From Lama guanicoe (Eukaryota): DNA of 64,000 nt. Both the position numbers and the translations under genes were made by a program. Under the pieces are notes generated by a model. The model saw only the letters and a program-made list of their open reading frames with translations. It was not told the origin of the DNA and did no database searches. The stretch is from positions 9,038,898 through 9,102,897 of the forward strand of contig MU054212.1 in assembly GCA_013239625.1 (NCBI GenBank). Reading direction: 5' to 3'. Positions 51,471 to 64,000 of the stretch are shown piece by piece. The stretch's first letter is position 1. Each line of letters starts with the position of its first letter.

Positions 51471-54400
51471 GAGCAAGAGGAAGCCAGCACAGCGACGTAC
51501 ATGCAATCGCCATGCAGAGCCACCTGGATGGGCTGAGACGGGTGCAGAATCCTGTGTGACCTCACAAGAGGCAGAGGTCTTGGTGGGGGGAGGGTGGTTA
51601 GGGGAGGGCTTCATGAGGACAGTGGCTTTTTATTTTCTTGGATTTTAGAGGCAAGCACATGCCTGCCAACCATTTCAGCTGAGTTCGCCTGAGACCCCTC
51701 ACTTGGGTGCTGGTTGCTCCTTGGGTGACGATGACTGTTGGTGATGTTCATGCTCGTGCAATTAGAGGGCTCTCTGCTGCAAGCAAATAGGCAGCTAAAA
51801 GGAATTTTCCAGAACAAAATTCAGTATGCCAGCGTCAGGAGAGAACATGGGGGTCTGCAAAAGTTGGGGCTGAGTTTTAGGGAAAAAAGGAAGTTGATAA
51901 GCAATCACATGGGTCATCTTACCCGTGAATTAGAGATGGGGAACGGGGCTCAAGGGCTCTGAGGTGGGTCTTCCAGAGGTGGTTTCTGCTCATCTTTCTC
52001 TGCATCCCCATCGTGCACTCCTTCATGTGTTCATGCATCCAGCACGTGCCCTGTGCAGAGAAGGGGAGGGGGAGGGCTCCAGCTGAGGCCCCTCACCACA
52101 ACTTGGCAGTGGCCTGAGGATAGCCACCAAGTAAGGATGGAGAGACACAAAAATGCTGTATTAAGTTAGATTTTGGATGCAAATCCTGAAATCCTGTTTT
52201 TCCTTTCCTCTCCACTTTGCTTGCATCAGCATTATGTTTCTGAAGGTGGTTGATAAATTTTAAGTACTTAAATCTTATAGCATCCATTTCAAAGACACAG
52301 GAAACCGTCTTTTGGTTATTCTTTGCTCGGTCGCTCAAGATATTTGCTTTTTAGAATTCAGCTTTTCTTTTTTTTTAAAAGAGAGTCAGCTTGATGTCTC
52401 ATGTTTCATGGGAATTTCATAAAACATGCAATGCGGTACTTGAATCGTTCTCATGGAGGCAAAGCACAGCACAAAGGTTTCTAGGCATTATCAGGCTTGA
52501 AAATAAAGGAAATATGTAATTTTATGGTTTTGTTTCTAAATTCCACGTGGATTACAAAATCCATCTGATAGCAGCTAAAGTCCTACTGTGCATAGTGCTT
52601 GGAATGAAAGAATGGCTGGCCTTCTTTCGAATTGTAGCTGAGATAGGAACCTTCCAGACCTACTAGGAAGCAAGATGTACTCCCCACCTGCCTGGGCAGG
52701 TGGATATTCTGGGAGGCTGCATCTGGACATCTTGGCACTGAGGATGGGCATAGTGGTTGACTGCCCTTTGGGTACCGGCGGAGGGCTCCTGGGGGCATAA
52801 CCCACAGGAGACCTTTCTGGCTTTTCCCCGGGGGAGCTGTGCCCACCCGGGTGGTGGTGAGCAAGGTGGTTGCTGTTGGACTCCTGAAGCCAAAAGGCAG
52901 AGGCATATTGTTGTCATCTGAAACATCTGGCCTGAAGTAGATTCTCTGAGTAGTTATGCACTGAGAAATGAGTATAATTTCTCATAAAAAGGGATTCCTT
53001 TAGATGGTACTGCAAGTACCAACTTGTGAGTGTTCCTCTCATCTGCCAAATCTGGAGAGATGGGGGCGGTGCCAGCTGTCTTGTAACCTGAAGGACTCCT
53101 TGAACAGTAGCTAGTGCTTCTTTGCCCTTTGTCTTTGCAGACTTGCTGGCTGCAGGTCACTGCAGAGGGCAGTGGTTTGGGGCTGTTTCTCCCGGTGCTG
53201 CTGACAGCTAGGGTGGTGGGCCTATGGGAGCGTCCTGAGCCCGCTGTCTCTGTTAGCCTCTGGGTCTTCCATCATCTGCGTGTAGTGGTGTCTCCTGAAA
53301 GGCACCTTTATGAGCATCTTTAGGGCACAGCACATAGGCCAGCCATGAGGCTTGTTTACTTGTTTGGCTCATGGCCGTGGAATTGAGAAGATAAATATTT
53401 ATATCATCAAAGGGTGAAGACGGCTTCCACTCTGGCCCTGTGCTGGGAGGTACATAAGGCTGAGCTGCATGGAAGTGTCTGCACCTACCGTGCACTTGAC
53501 CTCTGTGCATGCTGATCCTCCTCCCTCCTCCTGCTTTACTGCAGGTTTCTCTTTACGCTTTGTGACACCTTTCCCTGCCACCCTTCCGGGGGCCCTCCCT
53601 GAAGCCCCCTGGGGACATGGCCTTCCCACCTCACAGAATATTCGTAACCATTTGTCCCCTTGGCCTTCTCCCCAACTGGGCGTGGTCTTCCTTATGGACC
53701 AGATGCTCTGATTTGCACCACATCCTCCGAGTCCCACTCTGAGCAGGCAGCTCATAAAGTGTGTAGTCCTTGCTGAGCTATTCAATAAAGGAGTCAACCA
53801 GTAACTGTAGTTCAGAGGATCTCAGGGGGAACTAAATCTATGCAACAGGGATAAAGCAGAGAAATCTCAGAATCAAAGGCTTGAGAAACAGAAGGAAAGA
53901 TCCACAAAAGATGAACATGATCATAACCAAAGCTGTGTCCATGCACATGTGGGCAGTTAGATGGAACCTCGGTGTTCTTGGCTTGTCCTGTTCAGGCTGC
54001 CATGTTATATAACGGAAACCTGGAGGAATGGGTTCCATCCTGGGCATTTGAGATGCTTTCTTGGGAGTAAAGTGCTCCGGGTTCCTGGTCAGAGCCCTGT
54101 TTCCCAGAAATGAAGTCTGCCTTTCTGTTGCGTACTTTCATCTTTCCTGTGCAAAGGGCACAGCTGAGAGACGCAAAGGGCGATTGTAGAAGGCCCTAGG
54201 TGCCAAGTGGTCTCATGGGCTCAGTTTATGCAAAGCTTGGACCACATGCAAAGCTCAGCTGAATGCCACTGGCTGTCTTTGTTAGCTAGACTTCTCATGG
54301 TATTCAAGAGAACATGGCTGATTTGTCAGACGAAGGTTTTGGGTGCTGAAAAAGTTGACTTCATTGCATAGCTTCTGCCCTTTTGGAAACCTGGACTTTT

Positions 54401-55196
54401 GTGACTGAACCCAGGCATCTTACATTCAGATTAGTTATTTGGGACTCGAGTTCTAGGTCTAGTTCTCCCTGAGGCCCCTGTGGTGAGTGACCATGTGACT
54501 GCAATGGCTAGTGAGCCTAGTACTGGAGTCTTTGGGCTGGGAGAGACTTTTCTTTGGCCCCTTTCCACTGGCCCCCAGGGCCTCGCCTCTGTGAACATGC
54601 TGCCTAGTTCAGCATCCTGTCCGGTGGCTGGCCCACCTGGATGTGGGATAGTACAGCCAGATGATGCCTGAGAAACTGCCTAGTCAACCTGTAAAGAAAC
54701 TGAGGTCCAAAGGGCAGAGGTGGCTTGGCCAGCACTTGGTGACTGAGCTGTGGATGTTACAGACCAGAGTGCTTTTTACAACATTAACGACAGCCTGTCA
54801 AGGATGGGTATGGACAGTCACTGTCCCTGTCTCTGCCTCCGTCACGTCTTCCTCATCTGTAGCCTGACCTCATATAAGCGTGTGACCTGCTGCACACAAC
54901 CACCAATTACTCCTTCCCCTGGGTGATGCTTTTCTCTTTGGTGACTTTGCTGTCACAGTTTGTTCCCTGGCTCTTCCTTTCAGCCATGACCCTTGTTTCA
55001 GTGCTCATAGTCATTCTGGCTGTTGGGACTGATCCTGTGTTCTGACCAGCTACTCCCCACCTCTTCTTGTCTCTGAAAAGCACTTCTTGTGTCATTAGGA
55101 AGAACAAGATGCCTCTAGGATGTATTTGCAGCACCTCTGGTTACCTGACCTCCTTGGTTTAAAAGGAGCCTCTTTGATAATTAAAAATTGTGCCTT

Positions 55197-56654
55197 TGAA
55201 AACAGACATATGGATCGAAGGAACAGAGAGCCCAGAAATAAACCCACACACCTAGGTCAGGTCAATTAATCTACAGCAAAGGAGGGAAAAATATACAATG
55301 GAGAAAAGACAGACTCTTTTAACAAGTGGGAAAGCTAGATGCTACATGTAAATCAATGAAATTAAAACACTCCCTCACACCATACACAAAAATAAACTCA
55401 AAATGGCTTAAAGCCTTACATATAAAATATAATACCATAAAACTCCTAGAAGATAACATAGGCAAAATATTCCCTGACATAAATCATAACAATATTTTCT
55501 CAGGTCAGTCTCCCAAGGCAAAAGAAAGAAAAGCAAAAAGAAACAAATGAGACCTAACCAAGCTTAAAGGCTTTTTACACAGCAAAGAAAATCGTCAATA
55601 AAATTAAAAGACAACCTATGGAATGGGAGAAAATACTTGCAAATAATGTGACTGACAAGGAGTTAATATCCAAAATATACAAACAGCTCATACAACTCAA
55701 TATCAAAAAAGAAAAAAGAAAAAACAAAACCAACCCAATCAAAAAATGAGCAGAAGACCTAAATAGACATTTTTTCAAAGAAGATACACAGATGTCCAAC
55801 AGGCAGATGAAAAGATGTTCAACATGGCCAAGTATTAGCAGATCATAACTGCAGTGAGGTTTTACCTCACACTGATGAGAAGGGCTATCGTCAAAAAGTC
55901 TACAAGTAATAAATGCTGGAGGAGGTGTGAAGTAAAGCGAACCCTTACATACTATTGGTGGGAATGTAAATTGGTGCAGCCACTATGGAGAACAGTATGG
56001 AGTTTCCTTAAAAAACTAAGAATAGAGCAAAGGAGCACATATGAATATGATCCAGCAATCCCACTCCCAGTACATAGCCAGAAAAAACAAGAAGTCTAAT
56101 TTGAAAATATACATGTACCCCAATGTTCACAGCAGCACTATTTACAATAACCAAGACGTGGAAACAGCCCAAGTGCCCATCAACATATGATTGGCTTAAG
56201 AAGACATGGCATACATATGCATATATAATGGAATATTACCCAGCCATAAAAAAGAATGAAATAATGCCATTTGCAGCAACATGGAAGGATCTAAAAATTA
56301 TCATACTAAGTGAAGTAAGTCAGGCAGAGAAAGACAAATACCATATAACATTTATATGTGGAATCTAAAAAATAAGACAAATGAGTCTACATACAAAACT
56401 GAAACAGACTCACACACAGAAACCAAATTTAAGATTACCAAAGGGGAGAGCGATTAGGGGAGGGATAAATTAGGAGCTTGGGATTAACAGATACAAAGTA
56501 CTACACTTAAAATAGATAAGCAATAAGGATTTACTGTTTAGCAAGCACAGGGAATTATATTCAGTATCTTGTAATAGTCTATAATGGAAGATAATCTGAA
56601 AATATATATTATATAACTGAAAAAAACCCCAGAAACCAAAAAACAAAACGAAAC
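55197..56654 (+). mobile_element. Younger 5'-truncated L1 (ORF2 C-terminus, 3' UTR and A-rich tail) with 14-bp TSD
   Basis: ORF2 remnants include [26 protein letters not shown] and MFTAALFTITKTWKQPKCPS. The TSD is AAAAATTGTGCCTT (55183-55196) / AAAAATTGTGTCTT (56655-56668) at a TT|AAAAA endonuclease site. Confidence 0.95.
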
Positions 56655-57109
56655 AAAAATTGTGTCTTGGCTGCCCTGATGATGCAACAAAACTTAGAGG
56701 AACAGATTATACATTGATGTAAATCAGGAAAATCTCCCAAATGGAAATCTCTGATTGACTCTTCCTCCCCGTGAGTTTGGTCTCATGCCCATGTGCTCCC
56801 AGTGCCAGAGGAATAGGGAAAGATCGGGGGAAAAAAAAAGAGAGAGAGAGGGAGAGAGGAAAGTTATATTTCGAGTCCATGCATGACGTTCAGTTGTGTT
56901 GCTAGTTGTAGAGAAAGAATGAAAGATGCTTTTCTGTTGCCTCAGCTCAGCCAGCCTGTCGTTGGTCCAGGCGTGCTGCTTCGTCAGGCAGACTTGGATC
57001 CTGAGGGGCTAGTTCCATGATGGGGCGGGGTGGGTGGTGCAGTTGAGAAATCTGTGACCTAAGGGAACCATGCAGGGTGGAGGCTTCTAGGTCAGGCCGG
57101 GTAGAGATG

Positions 57110-57950
57110 AAGGCCACTGACAGACATTTATTGAAAGCCTGCGGAGCGCTGGGCCTGGAGATGAAGAAATAAAGTGAAGACCCTGCCTGGGCTCTCTGGC
57201 AGGGGAGTTGGAGAAGTCAGAGATGGGTCATCTTGTCCCCAGGCAGTTGGTGTTGGGACAGAAGAATCCCTCAGGTGTGTGGGCCCCAGGTGGCAACCCT
57301 CCCTGCTGGGGGTGACGAGGGGGAGCGGGAAAGAGGTGGCAACTGAGTGGTCTGGAGGAGCATGATTGGCAAGGGGACAGCATGGTGCCGGCTGAAAGCC
57401 TCCAGCTGCCTGGAGTGAGGGGCGTGGAGGCGGGAGGGGGAGCAGGTCTCAGGGTGCAGGGGGTTGGATGTCCCGTAGAGGACCTTGGACTCGGACGTGC
57501 AGCAGAGGGCAGGGCATCCAGAGGGGACCGGAGGGGGCGTGGTCGGTTCATGTTTGGTCTGGGGGACCCCTAGGGCCTGTGGTGGCTGGAGAACTGGGGA
57601 GAGCAGGTGAGGATGTAGTGAGAGATGGGATGGCCCTGACGGAAGCAGTGGGGTGAGAGGAGCAACTGCTTCCCACACGGAGGAGGTGGAAGCGTCAGTG
57701 TCTGCAGGGGTGGAGGGGGAGCGAGGCATCGGGTGACTAGTAGGTTCCCAGCTGATGTAATAAGGCAGTGGTGATGTCACTAAATGAGGCAGAGAGGGCA
57801 GCCCGGGGAGCAGTTTGAGGGATGTATTTGAGTCAGATCTGCTTGTGGACGTGAATGTGGGGATGTCAGCAGGCCGGAGGGTATCTGAGTCTAAAACTCA
57901 AGAGGGAGGTTGAAGAAGGTCCCACAGGTTTGGGCAGCAGCCAGGTTACC
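57110..57950 (-). mobile_element. Degenerate L2
   Basis: Purine-rich segment starting cagacattttattgaaagcctgc...gctgggcctggagatg and ending gtctaaaactcaagagggagg, an antisense L2 pattern. Confidence 0.55.
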
Positions 57951-58439
57951 TGGGGGAGGGAGAGGCAGGGTGTGGGCTCTGAGGGCAGCCCTGGCCCTGC
58001 CAGCCTGGGCTCCAGGCCTTGGACCGTGGCCACCTCTGTGTCCTGAGGACTGACTCGGATGGGGTGTGACTGATTTAGCCCAGGGCCAACTGAAATCATC
58101 ATTAGGCCCCAGGCTGAGCAGGTGCCGCGTGTACAGCACCCTAGAGTGAGAAGCAGGGACAAGGACACAGCTTGGCGACTCCATTAGGCACAGGGGAACC
58201 CAGAGGCCTTGAGGAGCAGAAGGTCATGGTCAGAAAAGCGGGAGGAATCTGAGGCTTGAGCTGACCCAGCAACCCAGCGCCCCTGCACTCTGAGTGCTCA
58301 CAGTCACAGGTGGTGGGGAATGCTGGTGCTTTATCAATGGAAACTGTGAAAACTTTCCAGGACCTTAGAATAAGGGCTGGGCCACTTACAGAAGCTGCAC
58401 AGCCAGAGTTTAGCACCAGGAATTTGAAATTCTCAAGGG

Positions 58440-58575
58440 CGTAGTTTCCTCACCTGGGTAAGACAAACATCCCTCTACCAGGATGCTGTAGGACTGAGTG
58501 AGTGTGTGCGATGCACTTAGACCCATCCCAGCGCGTAACGAGGGCTGTGGAGATGCTCGCTCTACTGCTGGCACT
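58440..58575. mobile_element. MIR fragment
   Basis: agtttcctcacctgggtaagac...ggatgctgtaggactgagtgag...gcacttagac. Confidence 0.55.
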
Positions 58576-59033
58576 TCTGGAAGAAAGGAACAGGCCGGGG
58601 TGGAGGATAGGCTTGGGCCAGGTCCTGCAGGCCAGGCTGCCTCCTTGAGTCTTACTGAGCACCTGCTTTTCCGGGGGGCAGGCCGCTGGAACAGCCCATT
58701 CAGAAATGCCTGCCTTCAGGGTGGGATGTTAGCTGTGCTCTGTGCGGTGGCACAGGATGGGCTCGGGGACAAGCTGCTGGTCCACGCCCCATGGCCCCTG
58801 AAAAGGCCTGCAGGCCTTGGTGATGGTCCCCAGATGGGCTTCGCAAGATGAAGAAGAGGGGACTGAGGAATCAGTGGGTAGTTCGGGCCCCTCAGGGTAG
58901 CCGACCACCCCGCGAGGTCTCCTGGAAGATGACTTCATGTCTTAGTTACTGAGGAAACCATGGCTCAGCCTGGCCTGCCCTCCAGACTTGCAGACCAATT
59001 GTGAGGTAAGAAAACGTGACAGCCAAGGCTCCC

Positions 59034-59050
59034 TGTGTGTGTGTGTGTGT
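59034..59050. repeat. Short (TG)n microsatellite
   Basis: Read directly. Confidence 0.9.
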
Positions 59051-60786
59051 AAGGGAAAACTGAATAGTGGGCTAGGATATCTGAAATGCCTGTTTACTGT
59101 TGAGAAATACTTTCCCCATTAGTGTGTAGAATCTGAGAATGCCAGGATTATGGGGTCGTCTGGACTAACTCCTCATGCAGGGCTCGTGGGCCTCCTCCCT
59201 CCAGTAAAAGGAGACTTCTCACCCCTGGAAAGGGACCCATCCCCTTTTTGGACACTTCTGACTAATAAAAAGTCTTTCCTTTCTGAAGCCTGCTCCTTTG
59301 TAGCATCCTCCTCTTGGCCCTGGATGTGGGACACTCTGCAACTCTAATCCCCGTTCCAGTGACAGCTCTTTCGATATCCAGAGCCAGGGGTCACAGACCT
59401 GCTGCCTCCTCTCCTCTGGGGTTTAGGAGACGATAGATCCACAGCTCAGTCAGGGTGTGGACTTCCTGCATGTCTCTAGTCAGCGCCATGCTGTTGTTTC
59501 CAGCGGTGAGGAAGGAGGGGGCCTCTCACCGCCAGCTGTGTCTGGGGCCAGGTGAGTGCCAGAGCCTGGGTGATGTGGACCAAGGGACGTTCCTGCAGCT
59601 GGTTGCGGGAGGGGCTGTTCCCCAGCCAGGGTGACTGTCAAAGGTAGAATTTGATTAATGGAGCTCGTAAGTCCGCATCGGCCTATCTGATTGTCCTGGG
59701 TGATTGATCTGTTACTGTTGATCAATTACTGTTGATCAATACCTTCAAAGGATGTGAGGGAGCTGAGTCTGGCTTATTCGTTTTTAACCTTTCCCCTATT
59801 TTGCAGAGCTCTCCCAAGACACCCGCAGCACGAGAAGGGGCTTGTTTCCCTGGTGCTAACTTGCAAACCCCAGGTCTAGCCTTTTCTTGACTGTATAAAT
59901 TCGCTGTTCTGGGAAAGCCATCAAAGCACTCAGGACCATCTGTGAAAGTTGACCCCTACCATGGGGGCAGAGCGAGGCACGGAGACCCTACTGGGCCACT
60001 TTGATGTCTTTATCATGTTTTTTCTTCTTCTTGTGTTTCTTGTTCCATTTGTTCCTTCAAATTCCACCCCAGTGCTACCCTAGGAAACCTACTTTTTTTC
60101 GGATAAAAAACATCAGTGTTACAAACAAACAAATTTAGCATTACCAAAACTGTGTTGCCTGTGGCATTGGGCCATGGGCTAACATACGAGACTCAGTGGG
60201 TCGGTCAGTTGCTTAAATTAAAAGTGCAGTGAAAATGAAGTGCCCTAAACTGACCACTGCATCCCAGATTAGAAGGTTCAGAACGGGTCCTGGGTCCAGG
60301 GCGCTCACCCTGCTTGCCCAGGGCAGGCAGCCCCTGCTGGTGGCTTGCTGGCAGGAGCCTGCTTACCCACCCTCTGCTCCCTGTCCCTCCCCACGTTCGC
60401 CCCTCTGCCTCCCACAGTCACTTCCTAGTCGCTGTTGGGAGAAGTAAAGGGTTAATCTGAGGTCTGAACCCTTGAAGGTCATGAAAAGTAAAAAGCTGGG
60501 TCAATGAGGAGCACGGTTAGTGGGAATCCCTTTAATCAGGTCTCATGTTATTTTATTTTCCCTGAAAACAGAAGGCCCTTAGAGGGAAAAAGTCTGAATT
60601 AGAGGATAGTTTAAAAGAAATGTGCCTGCCGCTTTTAAGTTATAGAGTTACAGAGGCAGACTGAGTGCCGCTTAATTATGCTTTAATGAACGAGTAATTA
60701 TTTAAAGACATATTTTTTTGTCTGGCAGCTTTAACAATATTTCAAAGACTCATTTTTGCTATTTTATTTATATTACTAATTTATGC

Positions 60787-61161
60787 CAGAGGTTTACCCG
60801 TGTTCCCTGGAAGGGGCCAGAAAGTAAATATTTTAGGCATTTCGGACCAAGAGGCAAAACTGGGGGTAGCGAGTAGTTACTTCTGTGATGAGAGAGAAGG
60901 CAAATTTGCATAGATTTTTTAATTGACTAAGTTCAAAATATAATGATAACTGAGTACAGTGTTTTTATAATTCAGGTTTACTAATGATACAAATGGAATT
61001 TTGGTAGGGAGAAACAACATTTTGCTTAATTGTGGCTCAAAAGTAGTGTTTTCTGACATCAAACTGACTGCCAGTGTTTATCTATAAAAAACAGTGCTTA
61101 GCTGTACAAAAACAGGTCGTGAACCAGATCTGGCCTGTGGGCTATGGTTTGCCGACCACTG
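60787..61161. mobile_element. MER58-family hAT-Charlie element
   Basis: Has aaggggccagaaagtaaatattttaggc at one end and aaaaacaggtcgtgaaccagatctggcctgtgggctatggtttgccgaccactg at the other. The 8-bp flanks atttatgc / gtttatac are degenerate. Confidence 0.8.
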
Positions 61162-62494
61162 GTTTATACAAAAGATTTGCTTAGAAAGTTCATGCCCTTC
61201 TCCCCACGAATGGGGCAAAGATAACTGTCTGGTCTTACAAAGTACAATTTTATCTGAATGTAATGGTCTCTTAACGTTTGTGAACTTTGTGACACTTTGA
61301 TTTTAAACCTTTGCTCTGCGTGTTTGTGTGATTTTACAAATAAGTCTCAGTGACTTCCTGTCATTAACCAACTGGATTGCAGGCAGTCGGTGTCCCACTT
61401 GGGCGTTTTATAGTCGCCTGTGAACAGGGGTCACTCCCTGAGCTCATCCTGCTCTGTCTACGGGTGGCTCTGCGTGTGTTTTCCCCGTCTAGGCCCTGTG
61501 CTGGCCCCACACCTGTGCAGGTGACTGCAGCCGTCTGCCTGGGAGGCTGCCCTGAGCACAGACTTTGTGCTGGAGCAGAGTCGGCCTCAGCGCCATCCTG
61601 GTGAGGACCGAAGCAGGGAGGAGAAGGGAGGCCGTGTTCCCACACTCTTGTCTGCTTTTCCTGCCGGGAGGCTCCGTGACACCCAGCCAGTGGGGACACA
61701 CTTGCTCTGCCAGCCATCCTGGCCCCAATATACATGCCCAGGAGATAGGCCTTTTTACCCTCGAGTTCAGCTAAAATACTGTTATTTTTCCAATGGATGC
61801 TTTTCTAGAAATAACAATAAAAAAGGAAAAAAAAAAAACAAAGTAGAGAAGGGTAAACTTACAGAATGAGGGTGGAGCTTGATTAAAATGTCCTCACCTG
61901 ACCAGAATCTGAGGTGGCCTTGGTTTCCCCCGAGTGGAGGACCCCCCCGCCCCACCTCCTGCGGCCTTGGTTTGAAGCGCCGGATTCTGCTTCTGACTGG
62001 TCAGGCCCCCAGGCTGCTGCTTGTGTGAGGGGTTGTCAGACTGGCCCATCTTCAGTGCAGGCACGACACCGCTCCCCAGGTTTTCACTTCAGGGTGGGGC
62101 TCTGGCCTGGGAGGTCCCTGGAGACGTCCCATCGCTCACACTTGCTGTGGGCCGAGGACCCCAAGTCCCCCAGCTTTCTTGGCCTCCCCATTTGTCACTG
62201 TCAGTCATGCCAGCTGCTGCTCTGGGTTTCCCCGCTACCCCATCTGGTCTCCTCTTCGCCTTTCTCTGTGCTGTTCTCACGTAGGAAGCAGGGATGGCCA
62301 TTCCTTTCCCGACAGTAGGCGTCTCCCTTTCCCCTGGGGGTCTGTGGAGGCCGCGTGGGGAATCTGGACAGCCACCCCTCCCTGAGGGCAGTGAGATACC
62401 CTTCCTCCTCCTTGATGGGGTGGTGCCAGAGCAGGCCGCGTGAACCGTCATGGCTTCCACTGCTGTTCAGCTGAAATAAAGCAATGAAACGACC

Positions 62495-62990
62495 AGAGCC
62501 AAAGAGGGCATTATATAATGATAAAAAGACCACAAAGGCATAGCAGTCCAACCTGGGTATGCACAAAACAACGGAGCTGTAAAACGTGTGAAGCAAAACC
62601 TGATAAAATGAAAGGAGAAATAGACCAATGCATGGTTATATTTTGAGACTTCAATACCACTCTCTCAACAATTGGTGGAACAGAATTAGACAGAAAATCA
62701 GCAAGGATGTAGAAGACTTGAGTAGCACCATCAAACGTTTCTAGAACAGTCCAACCAGTAAGAGCAAAACAGATCGTCTTATCAAGGGCTTACTGCATAT
62801 ACACCAAGCTGGGCCATAAAACAAACCTAACAAATTTAAAAGAACTGAAATCATATAGCACGCGTTCTCGAATCACAGTGGAATTAAACAAGAAATGAAT
62901 GACAGATAACAGGCAAATCTACAAACCCTTGGAAACTAATGGTACCCTTCTGGATAATCCATGAATAGAAGGGAAAATCTCCAGGGCCAG
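62495..62990 (+). mobile_element. Degenerate L1 ORF2 endonuclease-region fragment
   Basis: Contains agagggcattatataatgataaaa, aagcaaaacctgataaaatgaaaggagaaatagac, gagacttcaataccactctctcaacaattg and ctgggccataaaacaaacc. Confidence 0.85.
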
Positions 62991-64000
62991 TGGATGGAAG
63001 GTGTCCAGAGTGAGACTGGGCCTCCATGTGAGGAAGTCCGGTCACTGTCCAGGAGGGTAAACAGGCTGTGGCTCTCCTGTTGCTCAGACAATCTTGGCGT
63101 GGTGAGCGGAGACTCAGTGGACATCCGCTGGGGATGCTGTCAGGGTGGTGATGGCAGTGGCAGAAGTGGGCAGTGCTAGGTACCTTTCGATGGTACCCCA
63201 AAGCCACTGGTCAGGTTGTGATTAAAGAAACCCCATCACTCGGTGGGTGGCATTGGGAGTGACGAAAGCTTAACATGGACCATTTCACTATTTTGAGAAA
63301 ATTAAAGTCAAAGTGTAATTTTCTGGGATGATTTTTGGTTCCATTAGAATTACTAGTTCCAGAGTAGGAGAGGCAGTATTTGAGGATAATGTGCTCACTA
63401 AAGCTCCCCCCGAATGGAGCAGTAATGGATCAGTAATATGAGCATCTTGGGGAGAGGTCTAGCTCTGATGAGGTGTGAAGTCTCAGACTTGAACAAAGAG
63501 AGACCCTGCAGAATGTTCTCTGCTGCCTCTGGCTTCATGTAGCTTGCATTTAAGTAATAACCCCTTTCATGATGTTGCTCCAACAAGCACGCTTTCCACA
63601 GATCAAAGTAGATTCCTCAATGACACATGCACAACTGCGGGCGTGGGGTGGAGTTGCCGTGAGATGTTAGGCAGGTTTGTAGGGCCTTTAAGAAAGAAGG
63701 ACATTTGGCGTCTCAAGGATGTCCGATGGGGCCAGGTTCCAACTGGTGGTGAGGTTGAGTGTCAACGCAGTGGTATCTAATTATTCACTGCATTTATCCC
63801 CATCAGCATGCAGAGCAGCCCAGTATAGTTTCCATCAGCATTTCTTCTTTTCAGAGTAGCTCTCAGAACCTCAGAACCATGGTGGTGATTAGTGTAAATA
63901 ACTGATAGAACAAAGAGCCCTACAAAGAAGGATCATTTGTTGCCATGTCAGGCATCTCCATGGCCAGCCTTTGGGGGCTACCCGAGCTGAACTTCCCTAG

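Larger units (their letters stand above)
38610..64000 (+). other. FHOD3: 5' part of a long FHOD3 intron (probable intron 5)
   Basis: It begins with GTAAGT. The next expected exon (recalled as ALGQIMLYVDGM...) was not seen in the window. Confidence 0.75.

Noticed and set aside
59780..63860. Isolated strong-looking acceptors (AG ending at 59806 and 63854)
   Set aside because: No matching strong donor or FHOD3-like reading frame follows, and decoy acceptors are common in long introns.
1..64000. CRISPR arrays, operons, rRNA or other prokaryote-type systems
   Set aside because: The sequence is clearly mammalian intron, with no repeat-spacer arrays or gene-dense coding regions.

Overview
Mammalian genomic DNA, mostly intronic sequence of FHOD3 (formin homology 2 domain-containing 3) on the + strand. 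Only two coding exons are present: 31938-32005 (68 nt) and 38504-38609 (106 nt). Both have canonical AG/GT boundaries and splice in frame to (E)[57 protein letters not shown], part of the N-terminal GBD/FH3 region (recalled as exons 4 and 5). The rest is intron containing L1, L2, MIR, CR1, MaLR/ERV LTR and hAT remnants plus microsatellites. A tRNA-derived SINE resembling vic-1 suggests a camelid. Apart from the exon-5 ORF and L1 ORF2 debris, the ORF track looks like noise. I found no convincing new multi-gene system. The best leads concern RNA processing and sequence evolution: a 14-nt poison-microexon candidate (41189-41202), a 9-nt microexon or recursive site in an antisense L1 (7315-7323), an inverted L1 pair around a frame-symmetric exon block, and a CpG-dense patch in an old L1. 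Repeat family names come from recalled consensus sequences, not a database search, and repeat boundaries are approximate unless a TSD is given.
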